Notes: a model not told the origin generated them from the sequence alone. A DNA stretch of 20,000 nucleotides from Elsinoe ampelina (GCA_010093995.1 ML992510.1:1004047-1024046); one strand, 5' to 3'; shown: positions 1 to 11,734, counted from the stretch's first letter. A program made the numbers and translations.

Positions 1-1708
1 ATCCTACCAGCTTGTCCACGACTCATCACCACATTGAAGCGGCGGCGGTCAGTGGCGAGGTAACCCAGCGTGTCACCTGCGCCAGTGGTAGGTCCAGCGC
101 TGGAGAAACTACCAGGTCTCCCGGTCCGGAACGGCCCCCCGCCGCCAGTGGCAGCTGCTTTGCCGCCGAGAACGACACAGTCGATGATCTGCACCATGGA
201 CTGCATGCCTTGGGAGCCGTCGGCGGTCGTGATGGTGGTGCCGGACACGCGCGGTTCGGTTGCGAAGAGAGCCTTGAGGAGATCCACCTGGTCTGCGTAG
301 AAGGTTGTGACGAGGATGTCGGTGGGTGAGAAGCCGCCTTGGACCAGAATGCAGGTGGTGATGAAGGTGATAGCTGGGGTCTGGAAGTTTGTGCGGGAGT
401 TGCTGTTGCGACGCTGTTCTGACTTCCAGGTGTAGTAGCTTGACTGTTCGGGGCTGAGGACGATGGAGCAGATATGGTCGTCTGTGCGGACGAGAGGGTG
501 CTGGGCAGGGAGCAGGCGACGGCGAAGGATGTTTGTGAATTGGTCGACTTCTCTTCGATTCGTTGTGCTGAAGTCATCGACGAGGGTGCCATCGTAAATC
601 AGAGTATTGAAAGCCGCACTGATCTGGGGATGGCTGCGGTATTGTCTTTGGAGGTGGACGGATGGAGTGCCTGCATCGATCAAGCGCTCGAGTTGATAGA
701 TAGAGCCAGTATTGCTGAAAGGATTGCGCGGCGCAACGACGGTTGGTGGGAGCTGTTTGTGATCGCCAACCAGAAGCACTCGCTTGAGTCTATTCCCTCG
801 TAGATAGCTCTGACTGATGGTTGACTTGCACGAGCCTCTGACAGCTGCGAGGTTTCGTCAATGATGAGGACGTCGGGACGGATACGAGACATGATCGGTA
901 GGTCCGCAGCGGACGCAGTCGAATAGATGCCTTGAGCGGCAGCGATGTATGAGGACTGAACATCGCCCAGTGCCTTGCGCTCAGCTCGGCCGAAAGCTTC
1001 CTTTTCAGCCATGCGCTGTTGAACGGTCTTGTTGGTGTCGGTGCGATCAAGCGTCGCATCCTGGTGAGCCTTGTTGAGTCTGGCTAGTTCTTGAATTTCC
1101 TCGGGATAGTATGGTGTCCCTAATGAACCATCCGCCGCTGCTTGGGCCCGGCTGGCAATGACTCTGCTGAGAGACAGGAACTTCCTTCCTTTTTCTGTAC
1201 CGTTGAGGAATCGGAGGGCTCTTTCGTCAGTAGAAGTTTCGTCCAGCTGAAGGGCTTCGAGTGACCCTAGAAGCCCAGAGCTGCCGTCCTGACAGTAGTT
1301 CTCCCAGTCTTGCTGGGCGAAGTTGGAGTGAATGCGATAGATACCGTCAATTTGTCGTTGCCCCTTTCTTGCCATGATTTTACCAGTGAGGACATTTATC
1401 GCGGCATCGCTGTCCCCTGATGCCCAGAAGACATGCTTGACCATACGCTGGGACGGAGCGCTCGAGAGTTGGAGCTCGATCTCAAATGTGTGTTGAAGCG
1501 GTGAGATGTTCATGCTGAAAGTAACAGAGTAAGACTCGTCGGTGGGATGGATGGTGTCCTTGCCGACCTGGATGGCGCACTTGCGGTGGAAGCCGGCGAG
1601 CGTCTGGGTATCGAGCAGGCATCGGTTGAACTTTTTCATAGCATTGGGAGGAGGTGGGAAGCGACTTTCAAGCGCCCATGCGTTGGGTGGATGATCCCTG
1701 TCAGCCAT
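1..1708 (-). pseudogene. Upf1/DNA2-NAM7-like superfamily 1 helicase (AAA_11/AAA_12), frameshifted at ~793; 3' end beyond the window
   Basis: ORF 680..1849 has motif II (DVLIIDETSQLSE). After a 1-nt frame change near 792-797, a second frame stays open to base 1 and reads RLKRVLLVGDHKQLPP (motif III), LQRQYRSHPQI, TTADGSQG (motif V) and LGYLATDRRRFNVVMSRG (motif VI). Likely start is the ATG at 1708 (MADRDHPP), after a CT-rich leader; the ATG at 1849 is also possible. No GxxGxGKT Walker A was found. Confidence 0.85.
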
Positions 1709-2418
1709 GATGTGCAATATGGTAGACTTGGTCAGTTTGAAATCTGAAGTGGGCGAAAGAGAGAAAACTCTGCGGAGGGGTTGAGAGGACTTTACGAGCA
1801 CTGTCAATGTGAAAATACTACCAGGCGGCGAAGTTGGGCTGGCCGGCATCGAATTTCACATGCAAGTAACCGCTGCAAACATGAGAGGATCACAGTAGGC
1901 ATGCCAAACACTCCAGCGGGAACATCGTTGCGGTCATGAGATCTCGCGCCCTGGTAGTATCACTAGAGACTGTCTCGACATGTAGAACATCTGGGAAAGC
2001 TGCTCGGTGACAAGTATGGAGTCAAGCCAGCGACAGTGTGAGATTAGAAGCTGTCGGGCACAGCGTTGTCAACGCGAGTAATCGCAAGCACCAACCCACG
2101 TTATCCGAGGCCGAAGCGTGACAGTGTTTACGAAGCATGAAGCCCGTCGTGATGTCGGCTTTTCGAATGGTATGCATGCGAATAAAAGGCCGAACGAGAT
2201 TATGCTAGTGAGAAAGGAAGTTGGATGAAAGAAGCTGATCTGAAATGGCTGATCGAAACGTTCAAGACCCGCCGCCCGTCCGGCTCCGGATCTTGCAGCT
2301 TGGTCATCGATGAACTCCCCATCTCTCATCACCTCTAGGCCAAAGAATATCAACGAGACAAGTGCGTACATCTCTTCCATTTGAACGGAATCTCTCAAGT
2401 TGATTCATCCGAAACCTC

Positions 2419-2427
2419 ATGAGTCAT
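2419..2427. promoter_or_regulatory. Gcn4/CpcA (AP-1-type bZIP) consensus site ATGAGTCAT
   Basis: Exact ATGAGTCAT about 110 bp upstream of the F-box ATG, in the divergent intergenic region; near-match TGATTCA at 2401-2407. Function is inferred from the consensus only. Confidence 0.35.
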
Positions 2428-2537
2428 CGCAAGCACCATTAGTCAATATTGACTGGTGGCGACAGGCGTCCGTTCGGTACCCTTGCATCACCGCAGATCG
2501 TGGGACGACATCTTCCGTCTGGCAATAGATTTGCGAA

Positions 2538-3853
2538 ATGTCATCTGCACCAGGCTCGGCGCTGGAAAGCCTTTTTTCAATACAGGAACTTCTCTCGCTG
2601 ATCCTATCATACTTGCCGCCATCTCTGGACGAGTATGCCATCGACGGACCCACTGCGGATGACTATCGGTCTCAAGTCACGATCCAGCGTGCTCACAGTC
2701 TGCGAGACTTGATGAGATGCCGACTGGTGTGTCGACACTGGCATTCCGTCATTGGTCAAAGCCGGGAGCATCGGGAAGCTCTTTTCCTAGAAGCATCTCA
2801 TGGACGTGGCGGGCGGAAGAAAACCGTCGATTCGCAGGGACGAAGCTGGGATGTCCCCGATTCTGCACCATGGCTGCAGCTCAATCGCGAGGTCGAGTTC
2901 ATGGGGCGAGGCAGGGCTAATCAAGATATCGAGTCTGATATCGCTGCTTCACGAATACGAATGAGCCAAGTGAGTACACCCCTTATCCTGCCCGGGCACT
3001 GCATTGAGATCCTTTGCATCTGCCAAGTATCCCTTGTGATATCAATAGCCTGACAGTTCAATAGGCTATCCAGGCACCGCAGGTCCTCCGGCCTCGACGA
3101 CCACAATCCATCTCGCGTGCAGCACTATCTGCTCTTCGGGAGAGATCTCAGAGCAACTCTCGGGGATCTCTTCACTCAAGTCTAGCTCGGTCTGCGTCCT
3201 CCTCTCGCGCACCTCGGTCAGACCAAATGTACCCCTGCCGACCGATTCTCAATCCCTTACTCCAGCGCTACTTCCACAATGCACAGTTCCGCTTCAACCC
3301 CATGCACGCCAGCGATTCAGCCAGTCGCTACCAAGCACATCTGATCATCGAACGGGATGACTTCGACCAATGGAACGACATCGCCCACCCATCATCTCCA
3401 ACCTTCCCCCCCTTTGTCCCAACATGGTGCAACATGCACCTCGCCTCACCTCCCATCACATCCATCATCGCCGTGGTCTGGGAACGCAGCACCTACACCC
3501 TCGTCTCCCGCCCTAAACCAACGCCAACCTCCGAATCGTCCTCGCCTGCATCTCGAATCCTCCCCTCCGCACCTCCCTCGACACCTCAAGATCGCGAACA
3601 ACGCACCACCTCCTTCGGCGTCGGCGGCTGGGACCTCTCCGAACAAGCTAGTGAACCGACCCGGCATACAGGCGGCAGGAGGAGTTTCTACCGCAGCGAC
3701 GTGACCATGACAGCCGTGCCGCCTAGTGCGTTCTATAGTACGAAGCAAGTGTCTGATGAGAGAGGGTTGACGATGGGGGTGGTCATGGTGGCTGTGGGGG
3801 AGATGTTTGCCGGTGATGGAGCGCTGAAGGCTGTGAAAGTTTGTACGCAATGA
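2538..3853 (+). CDS. F-box-like domain protein, 2 exons (2538-2969, 3065-3853), ~406 aa
   Basis: N-terminus LFSIQELLSLILSYLP...LMRCRLVCRHWHSVIGQS...EALFL matches the fungal F-box-like pattern. Intron 2970-3064 (GTGAGT donor, CTGAC branch ~3050, TAG acceptor, phase 0) joins ORF 2538 in frame to ORF 3227..3853 without stops. Confidence 0.8.
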
Positions 3854-4362
3854 AGTGCCAGCCCGTGCTACGATTGATTAGTGAAATCTGGTTCATCAGC
3901 GGTTGGGGCTCTGAAGGGAGGATCAGACGTCTGGCCAACACTCTCAAGACTTCTATATTGGCTTGAACATGATTAACGAAGCCGGCCACATCAAGATTTT
4001 CAGGTTGTCGGACACGCCTCGAAACGTACACAGTGTCGACGGAACGTCAGTCCTGGTAGGAATGTTACCACAGATACTACCATTTTCTTTAGCAAATCTT
4101 AAAGTCTGTCATTCGTGTTTATGCTAGGTTCTGGTAGTAATTCTACTATAAGCCATGGACTGAGGGGCTGAGTGCGTTTCCAGGTGTGACTGACAACCTG
4201 AAAATCTCGGTAGCGCGGCAGTACTTTTCGAAAAATCACCTGTTGAACCCTATTCCTGCTTGGACAGAGCATGACGACCTTCTTTCCTCGCCTTGTGGTG
4301 CATCTTGCATCTCTGGCGCGCACGTGATGATGATCTGAGTGTCTCACGAGACGTGAAAGTAT

Positions 4363-4622
4363 TGTCAACCTCGGCAAGAGCTGTGGTGCCAAGAAGGACC
4401 CTGATTCAGTGCAACCAAGGTTGAACTAAGCACTCATCAACAGTTACACCAATTCATGATCAATTTAGACGGTTATTGTCTTATTCTGTTACCATCAAGG
4501 AGTTCTTCTAATTCAGCTATCTCTTAGTTCATTAGGTTAAGTATATATGTAGTTACAATCCACCTAATTTAGGTAGATTAGGCAGTAATAAATCTCTTTC
4601 CCTCCCCACACACAAGTCAACA
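4363..4622 (+). repeat. Copia 5' LTR (260 bp)
   Basis: TGTCAACC...GTCAACA; aligns without gaps to 9453-9712 with 15 substitutions (manual count). Confidence 0.97.
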
Positions 4623-4633
4623 GTTATAAGCCC
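4623..4633 (+). other. Primer-binding site, Ty5/Hemivirus type (half tRNA-iMet priming)
   Basis: GTTATAAGCCC directly after the LTR matches (G)GTTATGAGCCC, the Ty5/copia-type PBS, with one RIP-type TG>TA change. Confidence 0.75.
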
Positions 4634-4790
4634 GGTATAACTACCCCTATACAAGTATATCATTTAGTAGCTTCTCTACTCGATTTATTAGTTCATTCTC
4701 TATCATCTCGCTTTTTAAGCACTAGAATCTGTTAAGTACTGCCTTATCTACTACTACAGGATTCAGGTGTTAACAAAGAGATAAACAACT

Positions 4791-7700
4791 ATAGATACTA
4801 ACACACTAATAGCTAGAACACCTATCATTCTTGCTACATCAGCTGAATAGGCTAGCTAGCTATATATCATTAAGACTAGAGCTTTAAACACTAAGATCTA
4901 GCACCTTGTTAATCCTTAGGAGAGTATTAAGCCTAAAGGGCTCCCTAAGCCTTAGAGGCTAGATATATTAGATCCTAACTTCTTAGCACTCTTCTAGATC
5001 TATAAGGAGGAGCAAGCTTAGCATAACAAACAGCACAAGGCCTTAGTAGATCTAGCTAGCCTTATTTAGTTATTAATTGCACTATAAGTTCTTATAGTTA
5101 TCTAACTAGAGGGAGATCCCTATCTATAGGCTATTCTTAGAGCATTAAAGAACAGATTTGTACTATCTAATGCTATAATTTAGCTTAAGGTTAAAGCTCT
5201 CTAGAGGAGATAGCTCTCTAGTCTATTATTATAGAACATAGACTATTAGCTTTAGCAATAGGAAGAGGTTATAGACAAGGCTAGGAATTATAACCTACTA
5301 GAAGCTTAAGGCTTAAGGCTATAGAGAGACTTCTTACTCTCTATCTTAAGGACTAAACTAGCATTTACTAACAAATATCTTATTGATCTAGATTCACTAA
5401 CTCTGCTAACTATGCTTAAACTAATTACTAAGTTTAGACAGTTTTACAAACTTTATAAGCTATATAGCACCACAAAGGCTAGCAAGGGAGCAATAGCATT
5501 CCCTATAGCTACTAAGGACTCTACAAAAGAGCCTAGTCCTACTAGGGAGCCTAGATATATATACTAGAAGCGGCATAAGTAGAGTAAGTACTATTACTTA
5601 AATAAGTATCTAAGGCTAGAAGGATAGTTACTAAACTAATAAACCCTTAAGGAGGTTAAGCAAAGGCTTAATAATAAGGCCTTAAGGGAGAAGGTTAAAG
5701 CTATCCTTACTAAGGAGGCTTACCTTTATAAGGGGTTATCCCTACTAGTACTAATTAATATAGCTATAACTATTAGATTACACTTAGCATTTATTTTAGC
5801 TACTAGTAACATCTTAAGTTTATAGATTCTAGATTCTAGAGCAACTAATTATATCTATAATTACACTATAAAGGATAGATATAAGGTTACTAGACTTATA
5901 GAACCTTATAAGCAAATGTTCTATAGTAACACCTTACTTACTATTAAGAGTTAGGGATTAATCACTATTATAGCAATTTATAGGGGAAAGCTAGTAACTA
6001 TCTAACTTACATAGGTAGCTTATATACCATTAATAATGACTAATCTAGTTAGCCTTAGGAGGTTCCTAAAGGGTAGAGTCCACTAGAACACTTAAACTAT
6101 AGAGATTAATTACAAAGGGAAGGTACTCTTCTTAGTAACTCTAAAGTATAATTAATACATAGTAGAGAATAACTCTAAAGCTCCTTATGCTATTACTATA
6201 GCTATAGGAGGCACTAGAGATCCTTATCTATTAGTATTTACCTTAGTTATAACAAGGACTAATTAATCTTAGTATAAAGTTATAGGCTATCTAAGTATAG
6301 AGTCTATTAATCACCTCCTAACTGCTATAGTTAGTAGTAAACTAACTTTAACTAAGTCTAACTTGCATTAACTAAGTCATCTTAGGTTACTATATTAGAC
6401 TTGTAAGCTATTAAATGCTTAGAAGCTTATCTTAAGGAGCTCTAATACTAAGATTGTTATAACTAAGCCCTTTAAAAGGATCACCTTTAACATTATTATT
6501 AATAGATTTACTAGCTACAATAAGGCAAGGTATATAAGCTATTTTACCTATAGGGCCACTAACTATCACCTTGTAAGTAGTTATGCTTATAGATATAAGA
6601 TTAATAAAATCTGTATTAAGATAATTACTTACATTAAAAGTAATCTTAGCTTTAAGGTTAGATTCGTTAGGAGTAATAATAAAGAGGCTTTTAGTCTTAG
6701 ATTTACTATCTTCCTAGATAGTAAAGGTATCTAAAGAGAGCTATCCGCTCTATATACTCTAGCATAGAATACTTATAGTAAAAGGATAGGGTCTATACTA
6801 TTAAGGAGAGCAAGGGTAGTAGCTATCTTTACTAATCTTCTAAGGGAACTATACTCTAAACTATATAGATTAGTAGCCTATCTAATAAATAGGACTCTAC
6901 TTAAGAAGCTTAACTAGAAGACTCCCTTTAAGCTAGTTTATAGATGCCCTTCATTAATCTCCTATCTTAGGCTAATTAGTTATAAGGCCTATATACTAGA
7001 TTATTATATCATAAGTAGTAATAAGCTTACACTAAGAGCATACATTAGTTATCTAGTTAGATATAACTTAACTAACATATTTAGGATCTTTATACTAGCC
7101 TTAAAGAAGGTTATTAGAATAAGGGATGTTAGATTTAATAAGACTTAGTTCTATAAGCTAGAGGAGTAGCCTTAGCCTTAGCCTATTAGACTACTTAATC
7201 TACTAAGACTACTATAGGAAGTTAAGGAGAATATACCTTAAACTGAAGAGGTAACTAAAGGCCTATCTATACTACAGAATCTAGTTTAGAATCTAGTTTA
7301 GAATCTAGTTTAGAATCTAGTTCGGAATCTAGCTTAGAATCTAGTTTAGCAGATTCTAACTAAGGAACTAAATAATTATAGTTTATTATTATAGTTATAG
7401 GCTTAATAGGCTCTATTACCTCCACTAGATAATCATAGTCTATTATCATAGTTATAGACCCTAGAGCTAAACCTAGCTTAGATCTAGGAGGCTACATTAG
7501 TAGAGTAGTTCTATAATGCTCTAGCCTCTCTACCCTTAATAGCTATACAGCCTTCACCTCTATCTAAAGCTAAAACTATAAGGAGTGAGGTAGAAGCCCT
7601 AGCTAAAGGGGTAACTAAGGAGCCTAAACAGCCTAGAAGAAGAATTACTATAAGGTTAGCTAACCTATTGCCTAAGCATATCCTTACGACAAGAAGGACT

Positions 7701-9413
7701 AGAAAACTAAGAAGGCAGGCCTATATTACTAGTCTTGTATAGCCTTAGGAGGCTCCTAGATATCATTAAGCTTTTAATGCTTATCTATTAATAAAGCTAA
7801 TCTAGCTAAAGCTAGAACTAAGGGATAATCTACCTCTACTACTAGCTAACATTAGGGAGCTATAAGCTTATTCTTATAGGGAGCAATTCTAACAAGCAAT
7901 AAAGGTAGAATTACTTACTCTCTATTTAAAAGATACTTAGACTATTATACTTACATCTTAAGCTATAGGGAAGCTAGTGCCACTAACTTAGGTCTTTATA
8001 TATAAGACTAATAACAAAGGAGAAGTTATTAAACACAAGGTAAGACTTTATATAAGGGGTAATCTTTAATCTACAGATTTAGAGACTTATATAGCTACAT
8101 TAGCTGCTAAGATTTTTAGAATGCTTATAGCCCTCCTTACTTACAAGGATATAGAGGCTATCTAGATAGATATTGTTAATACTTATATTAATAGTCCTAT
8201 TAATAAGACAATCTACTATACTATCCTACCTAGATTTAAGCTTATACTAGAGGTACTTACAAAGGACTATCCTAGTATAGCATTATCTAATGCAATTCTC
8301 CTACTAAAGAAGGCACTCTAAAGCCTTAAACAAGCACTAGCTCTCTAGTATGTAGAATTTACTACTACACTAAAGAATCTTAGATTTACTTAGGCCCCTA
8401 AGGCTCTATGCCTCTAGCTAACCCCTAAGGTAATAATCTTCTTCTTTGTAGATAATATTACTATTATATACCTTAAGAAGCACAAGGGCAAGGCTAATGC
8501 TATTATTATAGCCCTATATGCTAAGTATAAGATAAAGATGCTTAGAGATCTAAGCTAGTTCCTTGCTATCTAAGTTATAAGGGATAGGTCTATAAGGAGG
8601 CTATAGCTTAGCTAAGCCTAGTACTTACAATAGATGTATAGCAAGTTTATTATAGAACTAACAAGGCTAGTATTAACACCTCTGCTAATAGAGATGATCT
8701 AGCTAAATAAGGGCTAAGTATCACTATAGGAGATCTATCTATATTAGCAGAAGATAGGATCTATTAATTTTGCAGCTGTCATTACTAGGCCTAATATTAC
8801 CTTTACTACTTCTAGATTGTTAGAGCATCTAATAAATCCTTTACTAACACACTAAAGGCTAGCGAATAGAGTGATCTAGTATCTCTATAAGACTAGAGAT
8901 CTAGCCCTTACCTTTAATGGCTTAATACCACCACTAATCTTCTAAGCCTTATTAGATACTAGCTTTAGAAGTTACCCTTTAAGGAAGAGCCTTTAGGGGT
9001 ATCTATTTAAGCTATTCTAAGGCTCTATAGATTAGAAGGCTATAAAGCAGCTAACTGTTACTACTTCTAGCATAGAGGCTAAACTACTTGCTCTTATAGA
9101 GACCACTAAGCAAGCTATATAGTAGAGGAGGCTAATAGCTGCTATCTATCTACTAAGGAATGTTAGTATTTAGTGTAATAACTAGCAAACTATTAGCCTT
9201 GTCACTAATCTAATTAAGAAGCTTAACACACATCTACGCTATGTAGATATCCACTATCACTAGCTAAGGCAAGAGATCACTCTAGGAGGCCCTATCTCTA
9301 TAGACTAGACTCTCTTAGTAGATACACTAGCAGATAGACTTACTAAGTCACTTCCTCTAGGGAGGTATAAGGTCTTCTTGTAATAGCTATCCCTCGAGTT
9401 AGTAGTCCACTAA
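4791..9413 (+). pseudogene. Copia gag-pol polyprotein relic
   Basis: De-RIPed motifs: PR WILDSGATDHIC (5823), pre-integrase WHKVMGHL (~6271), IN FVRSDN (6663) and APYTPAQN (~6747), RT FFVD(D) (8442), RNaseH HVDIHYH...GLTKSL (~9240-9355). The gag start, PR, IN and RT motifs checked share one frame; many TAG/TAA stops attributable to RIP. Confidence 0.92.
7276..7349 (+). repeat. Six copies of 12-bp tandem repeat AGAATCTAGTTT in the copia IN-RT linker
   Basis: Units start at 7276, 7288, 7300, 7312, 7324 (variant) and 7336; in frame, inferred ancestral peptide (Q/R)NPV. Confidence 0.9.
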
Positions 9414-9452
9414 CTAGCTATAATAGACTTATAGCTATTCAGTGAAGGGGTG

Positions 9453-9712
9453 TGTTAACCTCGGCAAGAGCTATGGTGCTAAGAAGGACCCTAATTTAGT
9501 GCAACCAAGGTTGAACTAAGCACTTATCAATAGTTACACTAATTTATGATCAATTTAGACGGTTATTGTCTTATTCTGTTACCATCAAGGAGTTCTTCTA
9601 ATTTAGCTATCTCTCAGTTCATCAGGTTAAGTATATATGTAGTTACAATCCACCTAATTTGGGTGGATCAGGCAGTAATAAATCTCTTTCCCTCCCCACA
9701 CACAAGTCAACA
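9453..9712 (+). repeat. Copia 3' LTR (260 bp)
   Basis: TGTTAACC...GTCAACA, preceded by the PPT and followed by TSD AGTAT. Confidence 0.97.
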
Positions 9713-9864
9713 AGTATTGATTGTCTCTCAGTAATGGTATTTACAATGAAAAGGGGCTAGACAGTAGCAGCTACAGAACCATCCCAGCCTTTTCCTCTGC
9801 CTTCCTCCTCCTTTGCCACCTATTTATCCACCTCCATCCCTTTCCCCGACGAGTCCGAAGAGTA

Positions 9865-11000
9865 TTACTTCGACAAAGGCCTGAACCCAACCGTCAGCCA
9901 CGGATAGGCAGCGCATCCAGTCTTGGCCGTGTCGTACGTCACGAAGACAAAGGTGCTAGCCGCGGGCTCTCCGACGACGCTCCCAGGACAGACGAGGAAA
10001 GTCATGGGCTTATTCCCCGCGCCACCCCTCATCGTGACTCTTCCGGAGTCGGTGCCGATGCTGCTGAGGCTCCACTGCATCGTGTTCTGGAACCGGGTGT
10101 CCGAGGTCAGGATGGAGTAGTTCTGGCGGTCCAGGAGGGCGTCGTTCATGGTGATCATGCTGGTGGTGGCGCTGTTGAGCGGGGTCGAGAACAGGGCCGC
10201 GGTCGCCAGGTTCGCGGTGCGGATCTTGAACGTGTAGGTGCCTGCTGGCGGGGTGGAATCCAGGGTGAGGGCCGTCGTCATGATGGTTGTTGCGGAATTG
10301 GCGACGTGGGGCCCGAGTTGTACGACTTTGTTGTTGTAGGCTACTCCGAGGCCGTTTGCGACTGATGGGATGGACATGTAGAAGTCTCTGCTGAAGAAGG
10401 AGGCAGTGGATATTGGTGTGGCCGATGTGGTGGTGGTGGTTGATAGTTTGGCCGTGGACAAGGTGGTGGTCGAGCTTATCTTCAATGGCGTGGCAGCTGG
10501 GGTGCTTGTCGGAGCCCGGAGCAGTGCTGGATTCTGGATGACGCACTGACATGCGGCGATGGCTTGCTGAGTGCTGAAAGCCGATGCGAATGGCTGAGAA
10601 GTGCCGGATCTGGTGAACGAGATCGATTAGCACTTGTTCGGAGAAATTGCTCAAATACAAAAGGTGCTCGATAGACTTACGATAAGAACCAAGTACACAT
10701 CTTTGTTGCATCCTTGAACGTGGCGCCAAGACGTTTGATAACAGTGTCATTCGTGGAGCAGACTTGATTCTGCGGTATCAAGCAAGCGCAGGCAACATTG
10801 ATCTGGCTAGGCGTCAGGCCGGCAAAAGGCGAAGTGAGCTGGGCCGTAGGCGTGGCACTATTCCAGGCCAGACAGAAGTCAGACGAATCGATGCCGGCGG
10901 CGCTGTTCAACAGCACAACCTCTGAGCTTGTGTTGCATGATTGAGCTATCGCAGCGCTGAAGAGACCTGTCAAGGTCAAGGCGGTGATTGCTGACCGCAT
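9865..11000 (-). CDS. Secreted Cys-rich protein with two tandem 4-Cys modules, Ser/Thr-rich linker and C-terminal domain; exons 11000-10681 and 10609-9865; ~354 aa
   Basis: Signal-peptide-like N-terminus MRSAITALTLTGLFSAAIAQ. Intron 10680-10610 (GTAAGT, GCTAAT branch, CAG) joins ORF 10677..11000 in frame to ORF 9865..10485 without stops. Repeated module C-x20-C-x1/2-W...PF...Q...ACxC. Confidence 0.85.
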
Positions 11001-11734
11001 CTTTGCAGGGTCACTGTACGATCGGTACGGGTGTAAGGAGAAGAACAGAATCGGTGCTCACCTTGACTCCCTCTATGTTGGGAGCTTCGCGCTGATAAGA
11101 AGGATCTGAGATGTACTACCTAGCCATACCTTTGGTCGACGGTTGCGTTCAACGGTGTCATTGGCAAGGAAATGTCTTGTATGATGGAGGAAAAAGGTGG
11201 ATACAGCGCGGCGATGGTGGGACGCTGTGGACTGTCTCCGATGAGGCTGACCGGTATTGGCTGCCAAAGCTCGCCTGGACCACTGTGGCTGGCAAGATAA
11301 GTGAATAGGCCACGAGGAAAGGGTTGGCCGTTGAGCGAAAACGGGCAAAGCGCTCGGCTTCGACGTCGAGCTCACTCAGATCAGAACAAAATCGAAAACC
11401 CGCGTGAGTCGTTACGAACGGCAAGGGCAGATGCAAACGGCTGAGGCAAGCTTGAACATGTCAGTGAGAATTGTGAGATCCTGCACCGAGGCTTTGTGGC
11501 TGAGCGCTAGCCTTGAATTGTCTCCATATTTCGAGAGGGTCTATACGTCTGTTATGAGTACATAACGCTGTAGCTGACGAGAAGCCTGTCGCCCAAAAGA
11601 TGTAGCACCACATTGATCAGTCTTGCCTTGTCTAATCTTTCGTGCCCCCGACAGTGCGGCAAAACCGTTCTGTACAGGTCACATACGCCTTCGTCGAGCC
11701 CAGTTGCGAAGAATGGATTACTATAGCAAGCTAA

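Larger units (their letters stand above)
4363..9712 (+). mobile_element. Full-length Ty1/copia LTR retrotransposon, RIP-inactivated
   Basis: Two 260-bp TG...CA LTRs; 5-bp TSD AGTAT (4358-4362 and 9713-9717); PBS after the 5' LTR; PPT GAAGGGGTG (9444-9452); domain order gag-PR-IN-RT-RNaseH. Confidence 0.97.

Noticed and set aside
790..829. Possible GC-AG intron (GCAAGT...ATAG) explaining the helicase frameshift
   Set aside because: Only 40 nt, no clear branch point, splicing does not restore the motif III frame, and motif II-III spacing is normal without it.
12..1747. Short ORFs overlapping the helicase (12..329, 26..592, 70..300, 474..803, 790..1059, 1547..1747)
   Set aside because: Antisense or off-frame shadows. 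The real C-terminal frame is missing from the ORF track because it runs off the window.
2069..4392. Short ORFs around the F-box gene (2069..2398, 2417..2653, 3357..3704, 3446..3850, 3783..4031, 4099..4392)
   Set aside because: Overlap the supported gene or lack any coding signature.
7276..7349. CRISPR-like array
   Set aside because: Head-to-tail 12-mers without spacers, inside a eukaryotic retrotransposon ORF.
9546..10750. ORFs 9546..9734, 9721..10365, 9923..10120 and 10010..10750
   Set aside because: LTR-derived, or shadows of the GC-rich secreted-protein exon.
11073..11436. Short ORFs upstream of the secreted-protein gene
   Set aside because: No recognisable motifs or splice structure; probably promoter or intergenic DNA.
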